A stretch of DNA of 64,000 nt from an uncultured Bacteroides sp. (GTDB lineage Bacteria; Bacteroidota; Bacteroidia; Bacteroidales; GCA-2748055): assembly GCA_964453785.1 (NCBI GenBank), contig CAYVRK010000007.1:57511-121510 (forward strand). The letters run 5' to 3'. The notes beneath the pieces were generated by a model. That model saw only the letters and a program-made list of their open reading frames with translations, was not told where the DNA came from and did no database searches. The translations under genes were made by a program, and so were the position numbers. Shown in pieces: positions 14,759 to 22,912 of this stretch. The first letter of the stretch is position 1. Every line of letters begins with the position of its first letter.

Positions 14759-16318
14759 ATGGATATAAAAGGAAGAAATTTCACCCGGTTCCTTGAGAGG
14801 CAAGCAGTTTACAATTCCCAGCAAGACACCAAAGCTGAAGAGAAACAACATGCCAAAGGTAAACTGACTGCCTGGGAAAGGATCGATATCCTTTTCGATG
14901 AAGATACTTTTGAAGAGATTGATGCCTATGTCACAGCCGATAAGTCCGATACCGGGTTTGGCATAGTCACGCAGGCTTATGGCGACGGAGTGATCATCGG
15001 CCACGGGCTGATCCGGGGCCGCCTTGCCTTTGCCTATGCACAGGATTTTACTGTGATGGGCGGATCTCTGGGTTCGGTGCATGCTGCAAAAATCATGAAG
15101 ATCCAGGACATGGCCTCCAAGATGGGTGCCCCCATGATAGGCCTTATCGATTCGGGAGGCGCCAGGATTCAGGAAGGGGTGGCCAGTTTGGCAGGTTATG
15201 CAGGGATTTTTTACAGAAATGTGCAATCCTCCGGAGTCATCCCTCAGATCTCTGTGATCATGGGCCCTGCAGCCGGAGGAGCAGTATACTCCCCTTCCAT
15301 TACAGATTTTGTATTCATGACCAACCAGACCAGCTACATGTTCGTTACGGGTCCCAATGTGGTGAAAGAAGTTCTGAATGAGGATGTCACATTCAATGAT
15401 CTGGGGGGTGCAGGCGTCCATTCAAGGAAAAGCGGGGTGGCACACATGGTTTACGAGGATGAGGAGAACACCCTGCTGGGTGTGCGGCAACTCCTCTCTT
15501 ACCTTCCCTCCAATAACATGGAAAACCCGCCGGAAATGGAACTTTCCGAGGATGAAACCAGTGATGTTGAAGAGAAAATGCGTGGCATTGTTCCCGATGA
15601 TGCAAACAAACCCTACGATATTAAGGAAGTAATCCATCTCCTGGTTGATAAAAGATCCTTTTATGAGATCGCCGAGAATTACGCCCAGAACATTGTCATC
15701 GGTTTTGCCAGGCTGGATGGAAAAGTGATCGGAATTATCGGCAATCAGCCCAAAGTGCTGGCCGGAACCCTGGACATCAACTCATCCAGCAAGGGTGCCA
15801 GGTTCATCAGGTTCTGTGATGCTTTTAACATTCCTCTCCTGGTCCTTGAAGATGTTCCCGGATTTCTGCCCGGGATCGACCAGGAGCACGGCGGAATCAT
15901 CCGCCACGGGGCCAAAATGCTCTATGCCTTTGCCGACTCTACGGTTCCCAGGATCACCGTCATATTAAGGAAGTCTTACGGAGGAGCTTATTGTGTGATG
16001 AACAGTAAAAATCTGGGAGGAGACTTTAATTTTGCATGGCCCACAGCAGAAATTGCAGTAATGGGGCCCGAGGGAGCGGTGGCCATCATTTACAGAAAAG
16101 AACTGGAATCCTCCGATGACCCTGTTGCCCTGAAGAAAGAACTGACTTCCAAATACCGACAGGAGATAGCCAATCCTTACGTAGCCGATGAACGGGGCTT
16201 CATTGATGAGGTTATTGACCCTGCAGAGACACGTAAGAAACTGATCAGAGCCTTTGAAGCACTTGAGACCAAATATATGAGTAACCCTGCCCGGAAACAT
16301 GGCAACATTCCCCTTTAG
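14759..16318 (+). CDS. acyl-CoA carboxylase carboxyltransferase subunit (propionyl-CoA carboxylase beta / methylmalonyl-CoA carboxyltransferase family)
   Basis: Full-length resemblance to the PccB/MmdA family (GKLTAWERIDILFDE, GGARIQEG, PQISVIMGPAAGGAVYSP, RKSYGGAYCVM). The ATG at 14759 is preferred over the tracked GTG at 14699. Confidence 0.9.
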   Translation: MDIKGRNFTRFLERQAVYNSQQDTKAEEKQHAKGKLTAWERIDILFDEDTFEEIDAYVTADKSDTGFGIVTQAYGDGVIIGHGLIRGRLAFAYAQDFTVMGGSLGSVHAAKIMKIQDMASKMGAPMIGLIDSGGARIQEGVASLAGYAGIFYRNVQSSGVIPQISVIMGPAAGGAVYSPSITDFVFMTNQTSYMFVTGPNVVKEVLNEDVTFNDLGGAGVHSRKSGVAHMVYEDEENTLLGVRQLLSYLPSNNMENPPEMELSEDETSDVEEKMRGIVPDDANKPYDIKEVIHLLVDKRSFYEIAENYAQNIVIGFARLDGKVIGIIGNQPKVLAGTLDINSSSKGARFIRFCDAFNIPLLVLEDVPGFLPGIDQEHGGIIRHGAKMLYAFADSTVPRITVILRKSYGGAYCVMNSKNLGGDFNFAWPTAEIAVMGPEGAVAIIYRKELESSDDPVALKKELTSKYRQEIANPYVADERGFIDEVIDPAETRKKLIRAFEALETKYMSNPARKHGNIPL

Positions 16319-16327
16319 TTTTCTCCG

Positions 16328-17830
16328 ATGAAAATTAAGAGCATACTGATAGCCAACCGCGGCGAGATCGCTCTGCGCATTATGCGCACTGCGAAAAAGA
16401 TGGGAATTAAAATATTCGCCATCAAAACTTTCAAGGAACCAAATGCATGGTATCTTGATGAGGCAGATGAGATCATTGACTTTTCAGAGTGTTTTGATGA
16501 CAATAAACCCGAATTCCTCGATATCGAGCGAATCATACACGCTGCCAAAAAACACAGGGTCGATTCCATCCATCCCGGTTACGGATTTCTTTCTGAAAAT
16601 CCGGAATTCGCAAGGCGATGCGAGGAGGAAGGCATTGTTTTCATTGGTCCTTCCCATGACGCCATCTACCGGATGGGAAACAAAACCATCGCCAAAAAAC
16701 TGGCCAAATCCCATAATGTTCCCCTGCTCGAGGGAAGCAAAGGGGCTGTGGCCAATGCCCTGGAGGCCGCGGAGATTGCAGGCAAAATTGGTTATCCGGT
16801 GATCCTGAAAGCAGCCGCAGGAGGCGGTGGAAGAGGAATGCGCGTTGTGGAGAAGGAAAAGGATGTTGAAAGAATGTTCACACTGGCCACCAATGAGGCC
16901 GAGAAAGCCTTTAACAATCCGGCTGTCTTCATTGAGAAATTCGTAAGGGAACCAAGACATATCGAATTCCAGATCCTTGCTGACAAGCATGGCAATGTGG
17001 TTCACCTGGGTGAAAGGGAGTGTTCGATACAGCGAAAACACCAGAAATTATTGGAGGAATCCCCCTCCCCTGCCTTGAATGAGAAACTCCGTAAGGAGAT
17101 GGGTGAGGCAGCCATCCGAATCGCCAAATCGGTAAACTATTACTCTGCTGGTACCGTGGAGTTCCTTCTCGATGCCAAGAACCACTACTCCTTCATGGAG
17201 ATGAATACCCGTATCCAGGTGGAGCACCCGGTTACGGAAATGGTCACCGGAATTGACCTTATCGAGCAGATGATCCTGATTGCAGAAGGAGAAAAACTGG
17301 CATTTACGCAGAAAGAGATCAAGCTGAAAGGGTGGGCCATCGAATGGCGGATCAATGCTGAAGACGTCCAGTCAGGATTCTCTCCCAGCCTCGGGACCAT
17401 TGAAAAGATTTCATGGCCGGAAGAGGATTACATCCGGGTAGATACAGGAGTCAGGGATGGATCGGTCATCACGCCTTACTATGACTCCATGATTGCCAAA
17501 CTGATTGTGTATGGAGAGGATCGGGACCAGGCCCTTCAACGCTCCAGTGCAGCCATCCGTAAATTCTGGATCAAAGGGACCAACACCACCCTGGCATTTT
17601 GCAGGGCAGTCCTTCAGAACAATAATTTCAGAAAAGGGAAGTTCAACACATCCTTTCTGAGTACGGAACTGAAGATCCATTACCACCATGAACCGGACGA
17701 GGAGATGTTGGCGGCTTTCTTTGCAACCTATGATTACGCACGGGAACTGAATGATATGGAAGACAAACCTCTCTACGTGGAAAAAGGGAAAGACATCGCT
17801 CCCTGGGTAATGAACAAGCGCTTACGTTAA
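16328..17830 (+). CDS. accC: biotin carboxylase subunit (ATP-grasp)
   Basis: Begins MKIKSILIANRGEIALRI. Contains GYPVILKAAAGGGGRGMRVV and EMNTRIQVEHPVTE, classic biotin carboxylase motifs. Confidence 0.93.
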   Translation: MKIKSILIANRGEIALRIMRTAKKMGIKIFAIKTFKEPNAWYLDEADEIIDFSECFDDNKPEFLDIERIIHAAKKHRVDSIHPGYGFLSENPEFARRCEEEGIVFIGPSHDAIYRMGNKTIAKKLAKSHNVPLLEGSKGAVANALEAAEIAGKIGYPVILKAAAGGGGRGMRVVEKEKDVERMFTLATNEAEKAFNNPAVFIEKFVREPRHIEFQILADKHGNVVHLGERECSIQRKHQKLLEESPSPALNEKLRKEMGEAAIRIAKSVNYYSAGTVEFLLDAKNHYSFMEMNTRIQVEHPVTEMVTGIDLIEQMILIAEGEKLAFTQKEIKLKGWAIEWRINAEDVQSGFSPSLGTIEKISWPEEDYIRVDTGVRDGSVITPYYDSMIAKLIVYGEDRDQALQRSSAAIRKFWIKGTNTTLAFCRAVLQNNNFRKGKFNTSFLSTELKIHYHHEPDEEMLAAFFATYDYARELNDMEDKPLYVEKGKDIAPWVMNKRLR

Positions 17831-17844
17831 AACCAGATCCACCC

Positions 17845-18381
17845 ATGGCCCGAGAATCAAAGAAAAAGAGACCATCCAGGCTCATCGCACTGAGTAGTGC
17901 CAATAAGACTTTTGAGTTCAGAAATCCCCTTGAGAAAAGCATTAAATACCAGGGAAAACAGGTGGAGGTGAAGCTGAGGGAAGATCCCGACGGGTTCTCC
18001 TATATTGTTTGGAAGAACAAGAAGTACATGCTGGACGTGATTGAGAAGAATCAGAACCGGTATACGGTGATGATCAACGGCGTATGGTACTCTTTCAGTG
18101 TGGAAACACCCATTTCCCTGAAGCGCAGAAGGTACCTGGAAACGCAGGGGAACACCTCCGCCCGGGTGTCCATAGAGGCCCCCATGCCGGGAAAGATCAT
18201 CGATATCATGGTGGAAGTGGGATCGGAAGTAAAAGAGGGAGAATCCATCATCATCCTGGAAGCTATGAAAATGCAGAATGAAATTGCCAGTCATGTGACC
18301 GGTACGGTTCAATCGGTATCTGTGAAAAAGAATGAAACGGTGATGAAGGATGATGTGATGATTGAAATCCTCAGGGCCTAA
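17845..18381 (+). CDS. biotin carboxyl carrier protein (biotin/lipoyl attachment domain)
   Basis: C-terminal biotinyl domain with the EAMKMQNEI motif. Follows accC by 14 nt. Confidence 0.85.
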   Translation: MARESKKKRPSRLIALSSANKTFEFRNPLEKSIKYQGKQVEVKLREDPDGFSYIVWKNKKYMLDVIEKNQNRYTVMINGVWYSFSVETPISLKRRRYLETQGNTSARVSIEAPMPGKIIDIMVEVGSEVKEGESIIILEAMKMQNEIASHVTGTVQSVSVKKNETVMKDDVMIEILRA

Positions 18382-18944
18382 CCTTCAAAATGGAGCACCT
18401 CCAGAGGTGTATAAACAGGCCCGCCCTTCGCCAGTTCGCTTCGGTACAATATCAACTTTTCCAGCAAAACCCTTCCTGTGAACCAGACTTTCATTTCCCC
18501 AATGGTCCGGTAGAACAACCCAGAATCCCTCAGACTTCGCACCCTCCCAAGGGTAAGATGGGCCCTGAATTCCTGATCCGGAACAGAGATCCCACTGGTT
18601 TCCAGCGCCCTGTCAACTTCATGTTTCATTGAAGCAAGAATTTCATTTTCTTCAAATCCAACATAGACCACCCTGGGATTTTTACGGGGGCCAAAACATC
18701 CAGCCTGGCCGAATGCTGTTTCAGTTTTTCGGGGAATGGTCACCTGCTCCCTGAGTGCTGCTCCAATGGTCTTCACAAGACCCGGATCCGTATCACCGAT
18801 GAACCTGAGGGTCACATGGTAGTTTTCCGGGTTCACCCAGCTAATCCGTTCCCCGCCCAGTAGTACCTTCAGCCTGTCCCGGGCTTTCAGGAAGTTTCCG
18901 TCAACTTTGACGGGGATACCGACAAATGTTCTGTAGTTTTCCAT
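18378..18944 (-). CDS. thpR: RNA 2',3'-cyclic phosphodiesterase (2H phosphoesterase, ThpR/LigT)
   Basis: Two HxT/S motifs (HVTLRF and HLTLGR) at the typical spacing; 188 aa. Confidence 0.85.
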   Translation of the reverse strand: MENYRTFVGIPVKVDGNFLKARDRLKVLLGGERISWVNPENYHVTLRFIGDTDPGLVKTIGAALREQVTIPRKTETAFGQAGCFGPRKNPRVVYVGFEENEILASMKHEVDRALETSGISVPDQEFRAHLTLGRVRSLRDSGLFYRTIGEMKVWFTGRVLLEKLILYRSELAKGGPVYTPLEVLHFEG

Positions 18945-18980
18945 AAATTAGTCTCTGTAAATGTAATTCATCTGACAATC

Positions 18981-19631
18981 ATGAAAAAGTTTGCCGTTGT
19001 TTTATCAGGCTGCGGGGTTTTTGACGGAGCCGAGATACATGAAGCCACACTCAGCCTTCTGGCTATCGCAAAAAAAGGATGTTCCTACCGGATTTTTGCC
19101 CCTGATATCAATCAGCACCACGTCATCAACCACCTCAATGGCGAGGAGATGCAGGAATCCCGGAATGTACTGGTTGAATCGGCACGCATTGCCCGCGGGA
19201 ACATTAGCGATCTGAAAAATTTCGATCCGGGAGAATTCGACGGATTGCTCTTTCCGGGCGGGTTCGGCGCTGCCAAGAACCTGTCCAACTGGGCATTTGA
19301 AGGAGCAAACTCCACTGTATTACCGCTGGTAGAAAAAGCCATTCAAGGCATGGTTGGAATGGGTAAACCCATTGGTGCCCTCTGCATCTCCCCCGTGATC
19401 CTGGCCAAAGTGTTGGGAGCCGTAAATCTGACCATCGGTAATGATAAGGGAACTGCCGGGGCCATGGAATCACTTGGAGCCACCCATGTGCATGCGACTC
19501 ACGGAGAGGTGGTTGTGGATAAGAAACACAAGCTGGTAACCACGCCCTGCTATATGCTGGATGCCACCATTGTGCAGATCGCTGAAGGCGCTGATAATGT
19601 TGTGAAAACCATGCTCCGTCTGATGGAATAA
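18981..19631 (+). CDS. elbB: isoprenoid biosynthesis glyoxalase ElbB (DJ-1/PfpI family)
   Basis: N-terminus MKKFAVVLSGCGVFDGAEIHEATLSLLAI, and the CISPV nucleophile-elbow Cys typical of ElbB. Confidence 0.85.
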   Translation: MKKFAVVLSGCGVFDGAEIHEATLSLLAIAKKGCSYRIFAPDINQHHVINHLNGEEMQESRNVLVESARIARGNISDLKNFDPGEFDGLLFPGGFGAAKNLSNWAFEGANSTVLPLVEKAIQGMVGMGKPIGALCISPVILAKVLGAVNLTIGNDKGTAGAMESLGATHVHATHGEVVVDKKHKLVTTPCYMLDATIVQIAEGADNVVKTMLRLME

Positions 19632-19648
19632 CAACCATCCCGCTTCCT

Positions 19649-20467
19649 CTAGTAGCGGATCCTGGTATTGGGGAGTGCTTTCACAAGCCAATCAATCTCT
19701 CCGGCGGGAATTTTATTGCCCTGTAGATGGAGTTCTTCCAGGTGCCCCGAAAGGGTGCTGATCTCCCTGGGAAGGGTGCTGATCTGGTTCTGTGATAAGT
19801 CCAGTTTCTTCAGTTTCGACAGTTTGCTGATTCCTTCCGGGATGATACTGAGTCCGTTCCCTGACAATTCAAGTATTTCAAGATTACCCAGCTCATATAA
19901 TTCTACAGGTATGGATGTCAGTAAATTGTTATCCATGGATAACCTGGTCAACTGGTCCATTCGAAGAATTTCCACCGGCACGAGATTGATCTGGTTATCA
20001 GACAGATCAATACTCTTCAGTATGGGCAGAAGGATAAGCTGAACCGGGAAAGTGGTCAGGCGGTTTCCATTGGCGTAGAAACCCTGAAGATAATGAAGAT
20101 CCGCCAGCTCGCCGGGCAGGTCTGCAAGTTCATTGTGAGCCACATCCAGGGTCTGAAGGTATACAAGCTTCCCGATGTCTGAGGAAATCTGGCCCATCTT
20201 CCTGCCATACAGAACCAATTTATATCCATGTTCCACCCCGTCAATCAGAGCTTCCTGGATCTCCTCGTAACGCTTGGCACGGTACAATTCCAGAGTCTCC
20301 AGCACCCGGGTCGTATCAATGGATGGTTTTTCCGCATTGATGATTTCACTGCCGGTCCCAGGGGTACTGTTTTTTGCCAAACAACCCGATAGTACCCCCA
20401 CTACAAGACCAATGCCACATACCCAAACCGTATTTCTGATGCTCTTCTTCATTTTCTTCTGTAACAA
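19649..20467 (-). CDS. leucine-rich repeat (LRR) lipoprotein
   Basis: Lipobox VLSGC. Roughly 8 consecutive LxxLxLxxNxL repeats, e.g. LQTLDVAHNELADLP, LKSIDLSDNQINLVP and LEILELSGNGLSIIP. Confidence 0.8.
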   Translation of the reverse strand: MLQKKMKKSIRNTVWVCGIGLVVGVLSGCLAKNSTPGTGSEIINAEKPSIDTTRVLETLELYRAKRYEEIQEALIDGVEHGYKLVLYGRKMGQISSDIGKLVYLQTLDVAHNELADLPGELADLHYLQGFYANGNRLTTFPVQLILLPILKSIDLSDNQINLVPVEILRMDQLTRLSMDNNLLTSIPVELYELGNLEILELSGNGLSIIPEGISKLSKLKKLDLSQNQISTLPREISTLSGHLEELHLQGNKIPAGEIDWLVKALPNTRIRY

Positions 20468-20515
20468 TAATGCTTTATTCGCGTTAATATAAGCCCTGAG
20501 ATCTGAAGTTTAGGT

Positions 20516-21175
20516 ATGATTTTTGATTACACTAAAATAGGTATAATTTGGGATAAAATTGAGGTTTTCATATTGAATAAAACACTGATATACAGCCTGT
20601 GGATTGGACTCATATTCTGCTTCCAATCAACTGTTTCAGCGCAGTATAAGCACGTTGACAGCATCACAGTTACCAAAGGTGTGATTGAGGGCAATGATAC
20701 CATTGCCATGGTCGAACTGGAAGAGGTATGGATCTACCGGCGGCAGGATTTTGACTACCTCTCCCAAAAGAGGAGAGACAGGCGGCTGGTGCGGAATGTG
20801 AAAATAGCCTATCCCTATTCAAAAATTGCAGGAGAAAGCTTGCACGAACTCGACCGGCAACTGGCAATGTTAAAAGGCGAAAAGGAGAGAAAGGAGTTTG
20901 TTGATCAGGCCGAAAAGAAGATCATGGATAAGTTTGAAAAAGATGTAAAAAAGCTCACCATCACACAGGGAATCATCCTGGTTAAACTCATTGACCGGGA
21001 GACGGGACGAACATCATATGAGGTAATCAAAGACCTGAAGGGAGGGTTTACGGCCTTTTTTTGGCAGGGTATTGCACGCATTTTCGGGAACAATCTGAAA
21101 GCTGATTATGATCCTGACGGAGAAGATTTTATGATAGAAGATATCGTGCGTGGTATCGAAGCCGGGTTTATATAA
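20516..21175 (+). CDS. DUF4294 family protein
   Basis: Motifs recalled from Bacteroidota DUF4294 proteins (RLVRNVKIAYPYSKIA, LTITQGIILVKLIDRETGRTSYEVIKDLKG, FFWQGIARIFGNNLKADYDP). The start is uncertain; the TTG at 20576 would give a cleaner signal peptide. Confidence 0.75.
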   Translation: MIFDYTKIGIIWDKIEVFILNKTLIYSLWIGLIFCFQSTVSAQYKHVDSITVTKGVIEGNDTIAMVELEEVWIYRRQDFDYLSQKRRDRRLVRNVKIAYPYSKIAGESLHELDRQLAMLKGEKERKEFVDQAEKKIMDKFEKDVKKLTITQGIILVKLIDRETGRTSYEVIKDLKGGFTAFFWQGIARIFGNNLKADYDPDGEDFMIEDIVRGIEAGFI

Positions 21176-21176
21176 G

Positions 21177-21208
21177 AATAGGCTGTCCACCGAAGCGGAC
21201 AGCCTATT
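21177..21208. terminator. bidirectional terminator hairpin between convergent genes
   Basis: Perfect 12-bp stem AATAGGCTGTCC / GGACAGCCTATT with an 8-nt loop, immediately after the DUF4294 stop and before the T9SS cargo stop. There are no long U-runs. Confidence 0.6.
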
Positions 21209-21229
21209 ACTAACCTTACTTAACTACTA

Positions 21230-22879
21230 CTACTTCAGGATCAGCTTGCCCTGAGCAACTGCACCCTTCTCATTAGAGAGTATATAGACATAAATCCCAT
21301 CCATCAGATTGTCTCTGTCCATTTGGTAACTATTTCCATGGATCTCATAGATCATCCTTACGGTACGACCGGCCATATCAACCAGGGTAAAGCTATGAGC
21401 CAAACCATTCGGATTCTCAAAAACTACGGTAATCAGGTCAACAGCAGGATTCGGGAAAACATTCACCTTTGCTTCGAAAACTCCCTGTTCATCAAGCCCC
21501 GTGTAATTGTTGACTTTTGGGACAACCTCTCCCAGTGAGAGAGACCAACCTGAAGCCCAGTTTTCGTTGGGTTTAAATGCACCCTTGAAACCAACAGGAG
21601 TAAACCAAGCATCCATATCGGTGAAGACTGCACCCAGTATGTTGCCGCTGGCGGTTGGATTGGTTGCATCAACACCCACATCACTTGCCTCGTTGCCTGC
21701 TGTGGCAAAGTAGTCTGCAAAGGCTGTGCTGGCTGCTGCGGGAACAGTGAACAGGGGGATATCGTTGTCATCCTTGGGTGATTCCACCTTGAAGATTCCG
21801 GCTCTTGTTCCGTCGGCTATATGCTGGAAGATGTTGTTCTCGACCTTCAGGATACCCTCATCGGCCCACTGGCTGTAGGAGCACTGGCCCAGGGACGATC
21901 CTCCGCCGTCTTCGCGGTATTCGATATCGATACCCTTGGCCTGCTCGGCAAAGATCGAGTTGTGGTACTCACCGCCTGCATTGTCACGAAAGGTCACCAC
22001 GCGTTTGCCTGCTGCTGCTCCGCGTCCCACATAGGTAACATTGGAGAAGACCGGATGTGAGTAAGGCATCCCCAGCTGGTTGGAGCTCGGTCCGCCGTCG
22101 TGCTCGCCCAGACGGTCACCGGCATCGGTACTCTGGATGGCTGCCAGGAACTGGAGCTTACCTGAGAAGCCTTCATCATAGTCAAATGAGTCATCACCAA
22201 CCCAGGCCACCACAATGTGGTCACATTTGGGTGCTCCTCCGAAAAATTCCACGCCATCATCTTTGTTGGCTGCTATCTCGATGTATGAAAAAGTGGTGGC
22301 TGATCCAACCGCCCCCAGGGTGAGGCCATTGATCTCGTTTCCTTCCCCGATGTCGGTACCACCGTGGCGGATGGACACATACTTCATCACTCCTGAGTTG
22401 TCATCTTCAATCGCAGGATCCGATCCGTAAAGACCGCGGGTCTCCGAAGTGGGGATCCCTTCAATGGCCTTCTCGGCAGTGGAGTTGCTGGTGGCTCCCT
22501 TGCCAAGAACAATCACCCCACCCCACTGTCCATTGGCCTGATCGGGCACTGATCCTGCCAGGTCATCAGCCTCGGAGGTGAAGATGATGGGCTCAGCAGC
22601 CGTACCGTTGGCCATGATCTTGCCGCCCTTGGCGATGATCAGCGCTGAGGCATTGGCCTCCTGGCCGGGCTTTCCTTTGATCACTGTCCCGGCCTCAATG
22701 GTCAGGGTCTGTCCGTCGTTCACGAACACAAATCCCTCTAATATATACACGTTGTCAGCTGTCCACCTCACCTCATTTCCTGCTGCATCCATGGTAGAAC
22801 TGCTCCACACTTCTTCAGCAGCAAAAAGGCCGGTTGACCATGCCATCAATCCTGCAATAAGGGTAAAAATCTTTCTCAT
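21230..22879 (-). CDS. secreted protein with T9SS type-A C-terminal sorting domain, function unknown
   Basis: 549 aa with a signal peptide (GLMAWSTGLFAAEE). The C-terminal ~80 aa match the Por secretion tail pattern (VNVFPNPAVDLITVVF...GIYVYILSNEKGAVAQGKLILK). Lies 33 nt downstream of the TonB-dependent receptor. Confidence 0.8.
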   Translation of the reverse strand: MRKIFTLIAGLMAWSTGLFAAEEVWSSSTMDAAGNEVRWTADNVYILEGFVFVNDGQTLTIEAGTVIKGKPGQEANASALIIAKGGKIMANGTAAEPIIFTSEADDLAGSVPDQANGQWGGVIVLGKGATSNSTAEKAIEGIPTSETRGLYGSDPAIEDDNSGVMKYVSIRHGGTDIGEGNEINGLTLGAVGSATTFSYIEIAANKDDGVEFFGGAPKCDHIVVAWVGDDSFDYDEGFSGKLQFLAAIQSTDAGDRLGEHDGGPSSNQLGMPYSHPVFSNVTYVGRGAAAGKRVVTFRDNAGGEYHNSIFAEQAKGIDIEYREDGGGSSLGQCSYSQWADEGILKVENNIFQHIADGTRAGIFKVESPKDDNDIPLFTVPAAASTAFADYFATAGNEASDVGVDATNPTASGNILGAVFTDMDAWFTPVGFKGAFKPNENWASGWSLSLGEVVPKVNNYTGLDEQGVFEAKVNVFPNPAVDLITVVFENPNGLAHSFTLVDMAGRTVRMIYEIHGNSYQMDRDNLMDGIYVYILSNEKGAVAQGKLILK

Positions 22880-22912
22880 TTTGGTTTTGTTTTTTTTAAA
22901 TATTTTACGAGA

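Noticed and set aside
14738-15421. 227-aa ORF antisense to the carboxyltransferase gene. Similar long antisense ORFs occur at 16484-17041, 17857-18312, 25187-25735, 41188-41826, 5067-5546, 54541-55216 and 55313-55849.
   Set aside because: Each lies entirely inside a strongly recognisable conserved gene on the opposite strand. Their translations are low-complexity or Arg/Gly/His/Pro-rich, with no motifs. These are typical shadow ORFs.
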